A program made the position numbers and the translations under genes. Below the pieces are notes generated by a model that saw only the letters and a program-made list of their open reading frames with translations, was not told the DNA's origin and did not search any database. This document shows, piece after piece, positions 1-10,783 of a stretch of 64,000 nucleotides of DNA (position 1 is the first letter of the stretch; every line of letters starts with the position of its first letter). The DNA is from an uncultured Clostridia bacterium (lineage in GTDB: Bacteria > Bacillota > Clostridia > Christensenellales > UBA1242). The DNA is taken from NCBI GenBank assembly GCA_934757825.1, contig CAKVLP010000001.1, positions 183,267 through 247,266 of the forward strand, in the 5' to 3' direction.

Positions 1-1
1 A

Positions 2-3000
2 AGATGTGCCGTTGTAATTTAGATAATAAGTATTTCCGCCGTAAACGTAGTACCAACCTTTAAACTCAAAACCTTCCCTACTAGGAATCGACGCAAGCGA
101 AACTGTGTCACTTAATTTAACGTCGTTAAGGTTGTTTGGCATATTTGTAGCGGTGCCATTTGATGTAAACGCTACATTATATAGGTCGTCCCACACGCCA
201 AACAAGTGCAGATTGCCGTTATCTTTGTTAAATGTGTAATTTAAGTCGGATATTTCAGTTAGGTTTGCCATATTAACTACACCATTTAAAACATCCGCCT
301 CGTAATCACCCTTGTAATACAACCATTTTGTGAATTCATAATTTCGTCCCGAGATTGTAACTGTGTTTTCAACAATAGCAAAATCCGATGTATTAAATGT
401 GGCAGAATCGTTGTAATTGTAACTTGCGCTAGGGTTTATGCCTGTGCTACTCAATTCGCCCGCGTCAAACTCGCTAGCGTCAGGTCTATGGAACACAACG
501 CTGAATGTCTTAAACTTAACACCAACAGAAATCACAAGATTTTCGCCTTTTCCGCCAGAATATAGTGTTAACTCGTTGGTCATAACATTGAAGTTAGCAT
601 AGTCTAACTGCCCTTCTGGGAACACACTCACGCCGTTTACAAGGATTTTGTTTAGTTCAAAATAATCGGAATTAGGAGAAATGTTGAATTTCAAAACTTT
701 TCTATATAGTTGTTCGGTCGAGACAGAACTTTGATCTGTTTTTATTTCAGTTTCGCCTATTGTAGCAATTGTTACTGAGTCTTTTAAATTATCAAACAAC
801 TCATTAAGCGCGCCGCTTGCTTGCTCAGTAGGGATTAGCACAACGCTCACACCAAACGACTGTCTTTCAACAACCACTTTTATGTCAATGTTGTAGATTG
901 CTTCCCAAATAACAAGTTTTGTGCCGTTTTGCGTAATAACTATTCCGCACGCATCCGCAAACTTGCTAAGGTCAGAGTAGGTTTCACTAGAAATGTCGTT
1001 GTAGGTTAGGATAATCTTATTTAAACTAAATCCTTTTGCAAGCGTGTAATCAAACTCGACTTTTGCGCCAGTTGTGAACGTAGAAGAATAGGAGGCGTTT
1101 TTAAGGGTTGGATCATAATAAGTAGTAAACGTGTCGGATTTGCTTGTAAGGGCTGAAATCGTGACAACATTAACATCTTGAAGATTACAACCGCTTGTTT
1201 CGCTCAAATCTTCAACGTTAATCTTTAATGTGCTATTGCCAGTGACTGCTACGCCTTGAATGGTGGCGTTTTGGGTCACTATAAATTCGCTAAATTCACT
1301 GCCATCTTTTAGCCATTTGCTAAACTCATAACTGCCTAGCATAGTCAAAGTGATAGTCGTGCTTGTTACACCCACAAGGTCACCATTATCGTCAAGTGCG
1401 TATCTGCCAGTTAACATACTTAGTGTGTTTCCATTTGCGGTCACCGTACTTCCAATTGGCACATAGAACACTTTGCTATCTTGCCCTTCGACTTGCGATT
1501 TTTTATCCTCGCCAGCCACTGTGATTTGCACCGAGTTTACATAGCAAATGCCGTTAAGTTTTATAACAGTATTTTTACTTGTAACGTTGGATGTGTTTTT
1601 GATAAGGTCAGATATATTAAATGTAACACTATTTCCAACAGTCGTTGAAACAAATCTTAGTAGCACCTCCTGCCCTGCACTATTTTGCCCAATTATCTTG
1701 TATCCGCCAAAAGTTTTGCCGGTTGGAGTAGTATAGGTTTTTAGTACAATTTCGTTTGTTTCGGCTAGTTCGGTCGGAGTGGAACTCTCCATAAGCGTGC
1801 CATCAAAATAGTAATCAACACTAAATGTCCTAGCGTCTAGTACAATATTGATTACTGGTGCTAGCGAAACATTATATCCCTCCAAAACACTAGCGTTAAT
1901 GGTTTGCGTTCCGTTAGATGTTCCGCTTAAAATTAGGGATTTTACATAATAATATGCACTGTTTAGATTTACAACCACTTTTATTTTAGCACCGCTTGGG
2001 ATAGTTCCGCTTGTTGTGGCAAGCCCAGTTTTTAGCACTTTAAAGGTCACTGTTTCCAGTAGTGTATATTGATAATTGTTTTCATAGTAAACATCAACGC
2101 TAACATCGTTAATTTTGTCAACAAGCGATGTGGCAAGTTGAAGTTTTAGCCTTACTTCGCTACAAGGTTTTAGCATAAAGTAAATTGTAGCATTTTTGTT
2201 TGCCCGATACGTAATCGAAACTTCGCCGTTGTTAATGCTAACCGAGAAGTTTAGGTCACTTGTGATGTCATGCATCATCTCGTTTAGAACGATTACTTCG
2301 GAAGAGGCATTTCTGCCAAGTTCGTAGCCGTCAACCAAGTACAATTTAATGATGATTGCCTTGCCTGCTGTATCGTTGATACTAACTCTACTTACTTGGT
2401 TTTCATCTACTATAAAGTAGCCCCTAGATGTGTCAGCGATTTGATTTTTATACTCGTCCGCTAGTCCAATAGTAGTAGTTACGACACTTGCAGAAGGCTC
2501 GTTGGCTGTAACTGAAATGTATTCGGTCAAATTAGAAGATGCTGGCAATGCACTGCCCTTAGTATACTTACCAGTTGTTGTATCGTACACGCATCTATAC
2601 CAGCCGTCAGTCAACTTGAACGCTTCATAGCCTTGTTTTATCTTTCTCTCGATTGTGACAACTGCTTTAACTGGGTCGTAACCGTCGTAAGTAATCCCGC
2701 CATTGCCAAGTAAATATGCCTCAAACCTTAGTTGGTTGTTTTTGGTCTCAATTTTAGAGTTTTTAAGAACGCTAAATTCATAAATGCCCGAAACTATGTT
2801 GTAATAAACCTTGCCGTCCTCTGCGGTAATTTTGTATTCAATTGCGTCGTAAAGATTTACGAGTTTTATTCCAAGAAGCGTGTAGTCAAATATAGGAACT
2901 AGACCATATGTATAAGTACTACTGCTTAGCCCCATACCAATTAGGTCAGCCTTAATTTTGATAACCTCGCCAAAGTTAAATACTTTTCTCTTGCCATTTT

Positions 3001-6000
3001 CCATAACAAAGTTGCCACTCGCAACATCTTTGATGTACCAGCCAGTAAGTTTTAGACCACCGCCATTTTCAACTTTGTCGTAGATTACTTTGCTATTATC
3101 GACTGGAATAGTAATTGGCTCGGTAGGTGTAAGTGGTTTGAACACTAGGCTACTATCTACCCTATTCTCAGGGTCAGCCATCTGAATGGTGTAATATGGC
3201 AACGACATAGCAAGCAATGTTGTTGGCTTGTTGATAGGTTCGTCGTTGTAATCCACATAATTTTCGCCATCAAAATACTGCCAATTGCCAAGATAATAAT
3301 CCTCATCGCTCAAAACATAGTCGATTGCTTGCGCCTTACCGCCCATTACTACAAACAATTGTTTTACAATGTTGGTAATTTGATTAAGCGCATAACTTAC
3401 TTTAACCCCTACAACTGGATACAAATAGTTTTTATCCGCTGTAACAGTTACGTTTGTTGTTAGATTGGTTGCATCTTTATTGTATTTGTAATTTGCATTG
3501 TCGCTAACAACCCAGCCCATTGTTGAATAGTCGTCTGTTAATTTGTAGCCATTTAGGTCAACTGTGTCGCCCTCAACAAGGTTTTCTAGTGTAACCTTTG
3601 AGGTTTCATCAAATGTGTAAGTTCCGTCAGCGTTGTAGTTAAGTTCTGTATAGATTTGAAGTGTAACAGTGTCAACTATTACAGCGTCAAATGTCATTGA
3701 AGCGGTCACATTTACATAACGCGACCAGTTCCTTGTATAATTGTAGCCATTCTCGTCGGCCCCTAAGTGCGAATAGTAATTTCCGTCGCTAGTCCACCCT
3801 ACAATCTTTTTGCCAACAAGAGTTTGCTGTGTTATCGCATTTAGCAATCCCGCGTCGGTCATACTAAAACGTGTTGCGCTTGCCACATCGGGCGAATAAA
3901 TCTCAGTTCCTTGCACCTTAAACACTAGCGCAATAACCTTACCATACACTGGTGTAAACGTGTAGTTTTTCACAAATGTAATAGTAACTTCTTGCGACTC
4001 AGATATGTCGTAAGTGTTGCCCAACTCGTCAACCCAAACACCTGTAAACTTGTAGGTGTCGGCGCCGTAGGTGTAAAATTGGGCGGTACTTGGGAAGTTG
4101 AAATATTGTTTTGTTTCGCTATACAAATAACTCTGTTCGGTTTCGACTAGCGTATTAGGATTGTCCACTTTCGCATAATATGTGGTTGTATTTCCTTGGT
4201 CGTCGCGCACATCAAATGTTGCGGAATAGTACAAGTCTTCCCAATATGCATAAAGTTTTAAAATATAGTCATCTTCACTATCAAGAGTAACTGTCCAAGT
4301 GCCCAAGTTTAGGCTTCGCCCATCTCTTGAATTGATGACCAAACTGCCGTTAACAAACGCCTTAGCATTTTTTTCAAACGACCAATCCTTAAACATAGCG
4401 CCAGTTTTTGCGCTCATTTCTGTGCGGTCAAATGACCTTGGCGTAAATTCTTCGCCCGTGATTATGGTCTCGCCAAATGTTTTAAAATCGTCGAGATTGT
4501 TGTAATAATATATTGTGTAATATCTTTCTCTTACTGCATAAAAACTTATGTCAGTTTCGCCCAAAGTGAACTCAGACCATGGTTTGAAAATTTCGGTGCT
4601 ATCACTGCCTTTGATTTTCCAACCAAGCATTCTATATCCATCAACCACAGTATCGCCTAGAAGTGTGATTGTAGAACCCCAATCATAACTTTCTGTTTGA
4701 GATGGGGACTCATCGTTAAGGTTGTTGAAATACCAAACATTAACCTTGTTGGTCTCCCACACTGGATACAATTTTACAAACATATCACTACTATAAGAGT
4801 CGATTCGATAACCGTTAATAAAATCAACATTTGTGGAATTTAGTGATGTCGACCAGCCTTTAAAGGTGTATTTATCTTTTGTTGGAACTATGTCGGCTTC
4901 GCTTAAACCAGTCGCCGATGTGCCCACAGTGTATGTCGCGCCCTCAACAAGTTTTACCACCCTGGTCGAAGCACTATTGCTTCTCTCCATATAATATGTG
5001 ACGCTAGTGGTTTTTTTCAAATCCAAATATATCTTGAAAGTGTTGTCTTGCGCTTGGTCAAAGTATTTTTGAACATTTACAAAGTCAAACTCTGCACCCA
5101 TTTCAAGTTTTAGATTTTCGTCCTTAGACTCATAGGCAATTTGTCCCAAATAAAATGCAATACAATCGTATTCGCTAAGCGCCTGAGTCTTAGATAGATA
5201 TTCAGTAATTTTGTCGTGCGATAGCAAGTTGATAGGTGTCGAATAGTCGTATGGGTATTTTTGGCTTGCCCCGCTTAGATTGTAATATTTATTGGAATAC
5301 TTGTAGTAATACTCTATGGTGTAAGACACCGATTCAAATACTGGTTTAAGTTCTTTGTGTTTGTCCATTACGATATATGTGCCGTCCACATATGCGTCGT
5401 ACTCAATGCCGTCTTGGTCTGCCCATCTGCCAGTAAACACGGATTTGCTGTCCTTGTAAACTTGGTCGGTTCTAATGGTGTTAAGACCGATTTCGCTTAG
5501 ATACAATCTAGTGCCCTTAGCGACAACTATGTCGTTAAGAATAATGCCGTAAATGGTCACTCCGTCTGTATCAAATGTCAGCTTTACCGCATCACTCCAA
5601 TCAGCATACAAATTAAGGATATAAGATTTTTCTGTCCCTTCAATCTGCTCTATTAAATAATCTTTAAGTGTGCCCGATAGCACCGATAGTTTTTCGCCAT
5701 CGGCGTAAACTTTACCGCCGTTCGCTAGTTTCCAGCCATTTAAGATGCTGTCGTTTTTAACAGGGGAAACTGTGAAATTGCTTGCTGTGATGGTATATAG
5801 ATTTCCGATATAAATCTCATCTACGTAAGTTTCCATTTTGTCATCATTGTCTGACATCTCGCTATAATAATTGTAAGTAACCTTAACTTTTGCTGGGTTG
5901 TAAATTGGGTAAATGTCAAGTGGGCTAAAAATCGTCATTCCTTCTAGGTGATAATATGTAGCACTATTTCCGCCACCAGAAACACGCCAATTACTGAAAT

Positions 6001-9000
6001 TGTAACCCAAGTATTGTCTATCTGCGCTTTCAAGTTCGTTATAGACTTCTGGCAAAATGCTATCAATAACATCATCGTACTCGATAAGATAATTTTTGAT
6101 AATTACAGTTTGGCCTGTGATAGGATTATTGAAAATAAACCTTACGTTAAACGTTTGTTTTGACGCAACAAGTGTTAGCATTAAGTCGGATTTAACAATT
6201 AAGTTTCCGCTCTTAACATCAAGCGTGTAGTCGGGTTTAATTGTGCCGTCGTTGCCTGTGTCGCCACTTATTAGCCAGCCCGAATATTCGTAACCTGAAA
6301 GATAGTGTGGCATTGTAAAGTTGTTAAGAAGTGTTTTTACATTTACTCCGTATTTAATATCGGTTTCAATGTGGTCTGGCGTGCCGGCTTCAATTCCCTC
6401 TCCGCCAAATTTAAATGTAACCTTAAATTTCAAATCTTCAAAAATAGGATAAATATTGATGTAGTAATCGTTGCTGGAAGATGGATACAATGCAAACAAA
6501 TTATTTTCGTCGTTCTTAACCGAAATCACATATCCAATTTCGCCTTTTACAAGTTCAATTCCGCGATTGTTGTTCCAGCCAGCGAAGCCTTTGCCAACCA
6601 CCGCGCTGGTGTTAAGAATAATGTTTTTCTCTTCGCCGTCTGCGGTGTAATATTTAACCGCGTTCCCCGCAAACAAAATCTCGTCTGTCACGTCTCTTCT
6701 GCCATCGGTGAACTTTTCTTTGGAAATATAAACTAGCCCTGCGCTATAATTCACAGCGCTACTAAATGCAAGTTGGTTTATGTTTATAGTGTAAATTACA
6801 GGCTTCCACAAAGCATAAAGCAAAGTATCTTTTTTAAACGATTGATATTTTTGTGTAGCGTAATAAATGTCGTCGGAATGATTTGCAACAAAGTCGCTAT
6901 AACTTAATCCTTCGCCTTCCCTATCAATGTCTGTCCACCCTACAAACTCGTATCCCGGTCTGCGTGCGGTGGTTTTTGGAAGTGCTGGCATTGTGATGTA
7001 CAAGTTTCCAGCACCAAGCATTGTAAAGTCGTCGGCGCTTTTGCCGTCTAGCCACTCAACATCATCGGCACCGTCATTGAATGTGATAACAACGTTTTCA
7101 ATCCATTTTGCCGTAAATGTTAGGAGTTTCGCTGGCATTTTTAGATACAATGTAGAAATATCGTCTGTTTTGTTGTACACGGTGTAATAGGTCGGAGTAT
7201 CAAGCACAATTTTGCCATCAAAGTAGATAAGCGTGTTGTAGCCGGTGTATTTTTCGGTGTATGTTTCGGAGTTGTAAATGTATTTTGAGTATTCACTATT
7301 AAACCTTATTGGGTTTGACCTGCCAGCGCCGTCAATTTCGGTGCCGTCTTTTAGTGTCCAGCCCCACAAGATATAATCTTTGTGGCCGTCGGTTTTGGTT
7401 ATTAGATATTTCTCGTCGTTAACTGTGCTTATTATGTATGCCGACTGAGTTGTGGTGTATCGATACACCACCGATTTCCCGTTTTCGTCAACCAACTGAT
7501 TTTTTAAGTCCGCACTGCCCGAATACGACACAACATCGTTTTGCGAGGTGTTAAGGTCGTAGGTAAAGTAGTTGTCATTTTCTATAAACACAGCATACAA
7601 GTTTTTCTCTGCCGAGTTTAAGTAAATTCCGTTTTCTTCCCTCACGTGGTTTCCAACATCGTAGTTGTAGCCCGCGATGTAAATTGGAGTTGCGCCGATA
7701 ATCAAATCCGAACTACTTGCCCAACCTATAAACGACTTATTTAGTGGAACCGTGTATGTTGTGCGCAAGTTGTTAATCCTAGTTTGATACTCGGTGAATT
7801 CGATTAGTCCCGTCGAAGAAATGCTCTTAACTAGGTCATTAAATGGATATAGACTTATTGTATTTTTCTCAACATTGACAGTGCCTAGTCTAATGTTTTT
7901 ATAACCCGTACTTCCATAGGCGCTGTAATAGTAGTTAATTCTATAATAACTCTTCCACTGTGCATAAATAGTGATTGTGTCATCCACGATGTTAAAGTTT
8001 GATTTATCAAAATAAGTCTGACTGCCGTAGCCGATGTTATATCCTGTGCCGTCGCGCGCCGTGTTCCACGAAAGCAAGGTGTAAAGTGGAAGTCCTGTCT
8101 CGTCGTTTTCGCGATACACAACATCTTTAAAGTAGTTAATGTCGTGCAAAACACCAATCTCTGTTTCGTCACGCAAAATTTTCCAGCCTTGCGATGCAAC
8201 GCTTGTTTTAACAGTCGACCCGTCGTCGCTTGTGATTTTGGAATTATAGTTTTTAGTGATGACCGCGGTCATTGTAGAAGTATCTATGTAGTTTTGACCA
8301 AACGGCAAATTCAAATCAAACTTTATGGTGTATTTTATTGGCGTCCACTTTGCAAACAATGTAATATATGCGTTTTTCTCATCTGTGGACGAATAACTCC
8401 TAATTGTTTCGCGGTGCTCGTCTGTTATGGAATTTACATCGAAGTATAGCGGATCGTTAATTATGTTTATGTCACGGGTTTGGGTCATCGTGAAATATCC
8501 ACTCTTAACGTACAATTGGCTTAGTTTTAGCGGAACCAAAAACTCCGGATCCAAATACCAGCCAGCAAATTCCAAGTTGCCATAACTATCTATTGGCGCT
8601 TGGATTGCCTTAACACTATCGTTAAACTGCGTGTAGATTGTGTTGAAAGTTGTGTATTGACCAATATATGTTAGTCCCCCCGTAACCTCGTCTATTCTAG
8701 GTTTAAGGTTGGCAATTTTAGAACCCGTAAAGTCCAAATCTTGCGACATATATCTAAGTTCTACTTGCACTGGTCGCCAAACCGCATAGAATGTAAGGTT
8801 TTGCGCGCGCATAGGATAATCGTCAGTGTAAGTGGTGGCAGCGCCTGACGACATTCCCCACCCTTCAAAGGTGTAGCCGTATTTATGTTCCGCCTTATAA
8901 TCGGAAATTTTAATTTCGCTTCCGTCCGAAATCGTAATTAAATCGTTGTCCCTAGGAAATAAAATAATGTCCTCAATTGTGTATGGGACAGTGTAGTCGC

Positions 9001-9430
9001 GACTTCTTGTTGTGTTGTATGTAACCTTAACATCATCGTCCAAAACAAGTTCGATGTTGTATTCTATAAGTTCAAATTTGCCATAGACTTGCATATGCGA
9101 ATTAAGTTGTTCGTTGTAATCAAATGGCTTTTTATATTCGATATCCTTATACCAACCCTCAAAGGTGTAGCCCTCCATAAATGGCGCTGGCAAATTAGAC
9201 AAGTTTCTGCCCTTTTTGACATCAATAACATCGTACTCGGTCACGTTTTTGATTTCACCGGTCTTGTATCTACTAACAGTGGTCAAAACCAGCCTAACCC
9301 TAGTATAATAGTTTATGTAAACAAGTATGGAAAGCAGACAAAAAACAACCGCTATACTTACAAGCAGTATGTTTAAAAGGAGCTTATTTCGTTTGCTCAT
9401 TTTTACATTTTCTACTTTCCCAGATTTCAT
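2..9430 (-). CDS. giant membrane-anchored cell-surface protein, C-terminus beyond window edge (>3,140 aa in window); tandem Listeria-Bacteroides / InlB B-repeat-like modules
   Basis: Not in the ORF track because there is no stop in the window. The minus-strand frame (plus-strand triplets starting at positions = 2 mod 3) was spot-checked at 2-60, 1502-1560 and 4262-4320 with no tta/cta/tca. ATG at 9430 follows AAAGGG-7nt (in-frame alternative ATG at 9400). N-terminus MKSGKVENVKMSKRNKLLLNILLVSIAVVFCLLSILVYI is a basic stretch plus one TM. The repeat-end motif recurs about 20+ times, e.g. GYTFEGW (nt ~9165-9185 and ~8860-8885), PGYEFVGW (~6940-6965), EGFEFKGWY (~30-60). Only short shadow ORFs occur in other frames. 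Confidence 0.85.
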   Translation of the reverse strand, partial: MKSGKVENVKMSKRNKLLLNILLVSIAVVFCLLSILVYINYYTRVRLVLTTVSRYKTGEIKNVTEYDVIDVKKGRNLSNLPAPFMEGYTFEGWYKDIEYKKPFDYNEQLNSHMQVYGKFELIEYNIELVLDDDVKVTYNTTRSRDYTVPYTIEDIILFPRDNDLITISDGSEIKISDYKAEHKYGYTFEGWGMSSGAATTYTDDYPMRAQNLTFYAVWRPVQVELRYMSQDLDFTGSKIANLKPRIDEVTGGLTYIGQYTTFNTIYTQFNDSVKAIQAPIDSYGNLEFAGWYLDPEFLVPLKLSQLYVKSGYFTMTQTRDINIINDPLYFDVNSITDEHRETIRSYSSTDEKNAYITLFAKWTPIKYTIKFDLNLPFGQNYIDTSTMTAVITKNYNSKITSDDGSTVKTSVASQGWKILRDETEIGVLHDINYFKDVVYRENDETGLPLYTLLSWNTARDGTGYNIGYGSQTYFDKSNFNIVDDTITIYAQWKSYYRINYYYSAYGSTGYKNIRLGTVNVEKNTISLYPFNDLVKSISSTGLIEFTEYQTRINNLRTTYTVPLNKSFIGWASSSDLIIGATPIYIAGYNYDVGNHVREENGIYLNSAEKNLYAVFIENDNYFTYDLNTSQNDVVSYSGSADLKNQLVDENGKSVVYRYTTTQSAYIISTVNDEKYLITKTDGHKDYILWGWTLKDGTEIDGAGRSNPIRFNSEYSKYIYNSETYTEKYTGYNTLIYFDGKIVLDTPTYYTVYNKTDDISTLYLKMPAKLLTFTAKWIENVVITFNDGADDVEWLDGKSADDFTMLGAGNLYITMPALPKTTARRPGYEFVGWTDIDREGEGLSYSDFVANHSDDIYYATQKYQSFKKDTLLYALWKPVIYTININQLAFSSAVNYSAGLVYISKEKFTDGRRDVTDEILFAGNAVKYYTADGEEKNIILNTSAVVGKGFAGWNNNRGIELVKGEIGYVISVKNDENNLFALYPSSSNDYYINIYPIFEDLKFKVTFKFGGEGIEAGTPDHIETDIKYGVNVKTLLNNFTMPHYLSGYEYSGWLISGDTGNDGTIKPDYTLDVKSGNLIVKSDLMLTLVASKQTFNVRFIFNNPITGQTVIIKNYLIEYDDVIDSILPEVYNELESADRQYLGYNFSNWRVSGGGNSATYYHLEGMTIFSPLDIYPIYNPAKVKVTYNYYSEMSDNDDKMETYVDEIYIGNLYTITASNFTVSPVKNDSILNGWKLANGGKVYADGEKLSVLSGTLKDYLIEQIEGTEKSYILNLYADWSDAVKLTFDTDGVTIYGIILNDIVVAKGTRLYLSEIGLNTIRTDQVYKDSKSVFTGRWADQDGIEYDAYVDGTYIVMDKHKELKPVFESVSYTIEYYYKYSNKYYNLSGASQKYPYDYSTPINLLSHDKITEYLSKTQALSEYDCIAFYLGQIAYESKDENLKLEMGAEFDFVNVQKYFDQAQDNTFKIYLDLKKTTSVTYYMERSNSASTRVVKLVEGATYTVGTSATGLSEADIVPTKDKYTFKGWSTSLNSTNVDFINGYRIDSYSSDMFVKLYPVWETNKVNVWYFNNLNDESPSQTESYDWGSTITLLGDTVVDGYRMLGWKIKGSDSTEIFKPWSEFTLGETDISFYAVRERYYTIYYYNNLDDFKTFGETIITGEEFTPRSFDRTEMSAKTGAMFKDWSFEKNAKAFVNGSLVINSRDGRSLNLGTWTVTLDSEDDYILKLYAYWEDLYYSATFDVRDDQGNTTTYYAKVDNPNTLVETEQSYLYSETKQYFNFPSTAQFYTYGADTYKFTGVWVDELGNTYDISESQEVTITFVKNYTFTPVYGKVIALVFKVQGTEIYSPDVASATRFSMTDAGLLNAITQQTLVGKKIVGWTSDGNYYSHLGADENGYNYTRNWSRYVNVTASMTFDAVIVDTVTLQIYTELNYNADGTYTFDETSKVTLENLVEGDTVDLNGYKLTDDYSTMGWVVSDNANYKYNKDATNLTTNVTVTADKNYLYPVVGVKVSYALNQITNIVKQLFVVMGGKAQAIDYVLSDEDYYLGNWQYFDGENYVDYNDEPINKPTTLLAMSLPYYTIQMADPENRVDSSLVFKPLTPTEPITIPVDNSKVIYDKVENGGGLKLTGWYIKDVASGNFVMENGKRKVFNFGEVIKIKADLIGMGLSSSTYTYGLVPIFDYTLLGIKLVNLYDAIEYKITAEDGKVYYNIVSGIYEFSVLKNSKIETKNNQLRFEAYLLGNGGITYDGYDPVKAVVTIERKIKQGYEAFKLTDGWYRCVYDTTTGKYTKGSALPASSNLTEYISVTANEPSASVVTTTIGLADEYKNQIADTSRGYFIVDENQVSRVSINDTAGKAIIIKLYLVDGYELGRNASSEVIVLNEMMHDITSDLNFSVSINNGEVSITYRANKNATIYFMLKPCSEVRLKLQLATSLVDKINDVSVDVYYENNYQYTLLETVTFKVLKTGLATTSGTIPSGAKIKVVVNLNSAYYYVKSLILSGTSNGTQTINASVLEGYNVSLAPVINIVLDARTFSVDYYFDGTLMESSTPTELAETNEIVLKTYTTPTGKTFGGYKIIGQNSAGQEVLLRFVSTTVGNSVTFNISDLIKNTSNVTSKNTVIKLNGICYVNSVQITVAGEDKKSQVEGQDSKVFYVPIGSTVTANGNTLSMLTGRYALDDNGDLVGVTSTTITLTMLGSYEFSKWLKDGSEFSEFIVTQNATIQGVAVTGNSTLKINVEDLSETSGCNLQDVNVVTISALTSKSDTFTTYYDPTLKNASYSSTFTTGAKVEFDYTLAKGFSLNKIILTYNDISSETYSDLSKFADACGIVITQNGTKLVIWEAIYNIDIKVVVERQSFGVSVVLIPTEQASGALNELFDNLKDSVTIATIGETEIKTDQSSVSTEQLYRKVLKFNISPNSDYFELNKILVNGVSVFPEGQLDYANFNVMTNELTLYSGGKGENLVISVGVKFKTFSVVFHRPDASEFDAGELSSTGINPSASYNYNDSATFNTSDFAIVENTVTISGRNYEFTKWLYYKGDYEADVLNGVVNMANLTEISDLNYTFNKDNGNLHLFGVWDDLYNVAFTSNGTATNMPNNLNDVKLSDTVSLASIPSREGFEFKGWYYVYGGNTYYLNYNGTS

Positions 9431-9454
9431 TCGTTTACCCTTTTTATATATATT

Positions 9455-9483
9455 ATTATAATATATATAAGCAAATCCGACAA
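9455..9483 (-). promoter_or_regulatory. candidate sigma-A-type promoter for the giant surface-protein gene
   Basis: Minus strand reads TTGTCG-17nt-TATAAT, 25 nt upstream of the ATG at 9430. No hairpin or terminator lies between the GerC stop (9518) and this site. Confidence 0.4.
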
Positions 9484-9517
9484 ACAAAAATCAAATGTTC
9501 AAAAAATATTTTTAACC

Positions 9518-10783
9518 TTAAAGTTTTGGCTGAACGTCAACGTGCAAATTTACTACAACGTTCTCAATATAGTTGTTTTCTCGCTCCTCAGGAGAAACAA
9601 ACTTCATATAGTTTTTGTTTTGGAATTTATAAAGTCTATCGTTTATAGCCAATATGTCCACCTTTTTTTCTTTGGTTTTTTCAATGACTTTGTTTAGGTT
9701 TTCGGTCATTTTGTCGGTTATCGCCTTCTTAACATTTTCGCCAATATGCGTTCTCGTTACGTCTATTGTTTTTAGGCTTGGGGTGGCAGTGTGCAGTTCT
9801 ACAAGTTCGACGTACATCTTAAAGTTTATGTCAAGCGATGCCACGCCGTCCTTAAAATAATACTTCAATCCCGTGTTCTTTTTGACCACGTGTAGCCCTA
9901 TACTTTCCTTCAACTCGCCCTCGTCGTAAACATTGTCGATTGTCAAAAAACCTTTTTGGGTGTAAGGATTTAGTAGGTTAATTACATTCGCCTCATCGCC
10001 TTCTAAGGTGAAGGCCTTTTTGCCTTTTTTGTACATCGCAAAACTGCCGTCGCATTTGATTTTTTTCATAGGAGGTTGGCTTTGTTCGCCACCCGAAGAA
10101 CCCTGCTGGCTAGAACCGCCTTGCGACGAAAAGCTCGATTGACCTCCACCCGACTCTTGCGAGCCCGAATCCAACTGTTCCTCTTCCACCATTACGCGGG
10201 TCATCCACGCAACGGGGCTTTTTGTGAAATATCGTGCGTAAAAATCTTCAATATTCATCTCGACAATCGCCAAATAATCACTTCCAGTGCTCACAAGTTT
10301 TGCAAAAGTTATGCCATTTTCGTCCTTGTTTTCGGTGTTAACTTGAAGTAGTTCCTTAGCGCTTCCAGGGCAAGAAATAAGGTTGGTGTTTTTAGTCAAA
10401 TTGCTTGTGCGGATAAAATAGTCGAGAATATCGGCAAGGTTTTCGTCGTCTAGTCCCTCACCCACAACAATCGAGTCGCAGTGCGCCAGCCCAATCTCTT
10501 TGCCAAGCGTGATGGAGAGTTTGTATACCGCTTCGGAAATATTTTCGCCCTCACTACTCACAAGTTTTACGTTGCTTGATATTTTCATAGGGGCCTCTTC
10601 GACCACAACAAGACCACTAAACTCGTATTTGCCGTCGATTTTGTCGATACCAATTGAGGTCAAAATTGCACGCTTTTCAAACTCCGATTTTTGATAAATC
10701 GCAGTAGGAAATGTGATTATAAAAAATATTAAAAACAAAGTGAGGGTTTTGTTGACCCACATTTTTTTAAGCAAATTTTTCAT
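9518..10783 (-). CDS. spore germination protein, Ger(x)C subunit family
   Basis: Third gene of an A-B-C germinant receptor operon. The ILTSIGIDK...GLVVV N-terminal pattern is typical of GerxC. ATG at 10783 has GGAG-8nt; the track start at 10804 is TTG. It overlaps the B-subunit stop. Confidence 0.75.
   Translation of the reverse strand: MKNLLKKMWVNKTLTLFLIFFIITFPTAIYQKSEFEKRAILTSIGIDKIDGKYEFSGLVVVEEAPMKISSNVKLVSSEGENISEAVYKLSITLGKEIGLAHCDSIVVGEGLDDENLADILDYFIRTSNLTKNTNLISCPGSAKELLQVNTENKDENGITFAKLVSTGSDYLAIVEMNIEDFYARYFTKSPVAWMTRVMVEEEQLDSGSQESGGGQSSFSSQGGSSQQGSSGGEQSQPPMKKIKCDGSFAMYKKGKKAFTLEGDEANVINLLNPYTQKGFLTIDNVYDEGELKESIGLHVVKKNTGLKYYFKDGVASLDINFKMYVELVELHTATPSLKTIDVTRTHIGENVKKAITDKMTENLNKVIEKTKEKKVDILAINDRLYKFQNKNYMKFVSPEERENNYIENVVVNLHVDVQPKL

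Noticed and set aside
1548-9376. Plus-strand track ORFs of 62-143 aa (for example 6305-6736 and 8144-8449) and the minus-strand ORF at 7885-8199.
   Set aside because: All lie inside the 9.4-kb giant minus-strand ORF, either antisense or in another frame. Their products are low-complexity or Cys/Phe-rich shadow translations with no SD.
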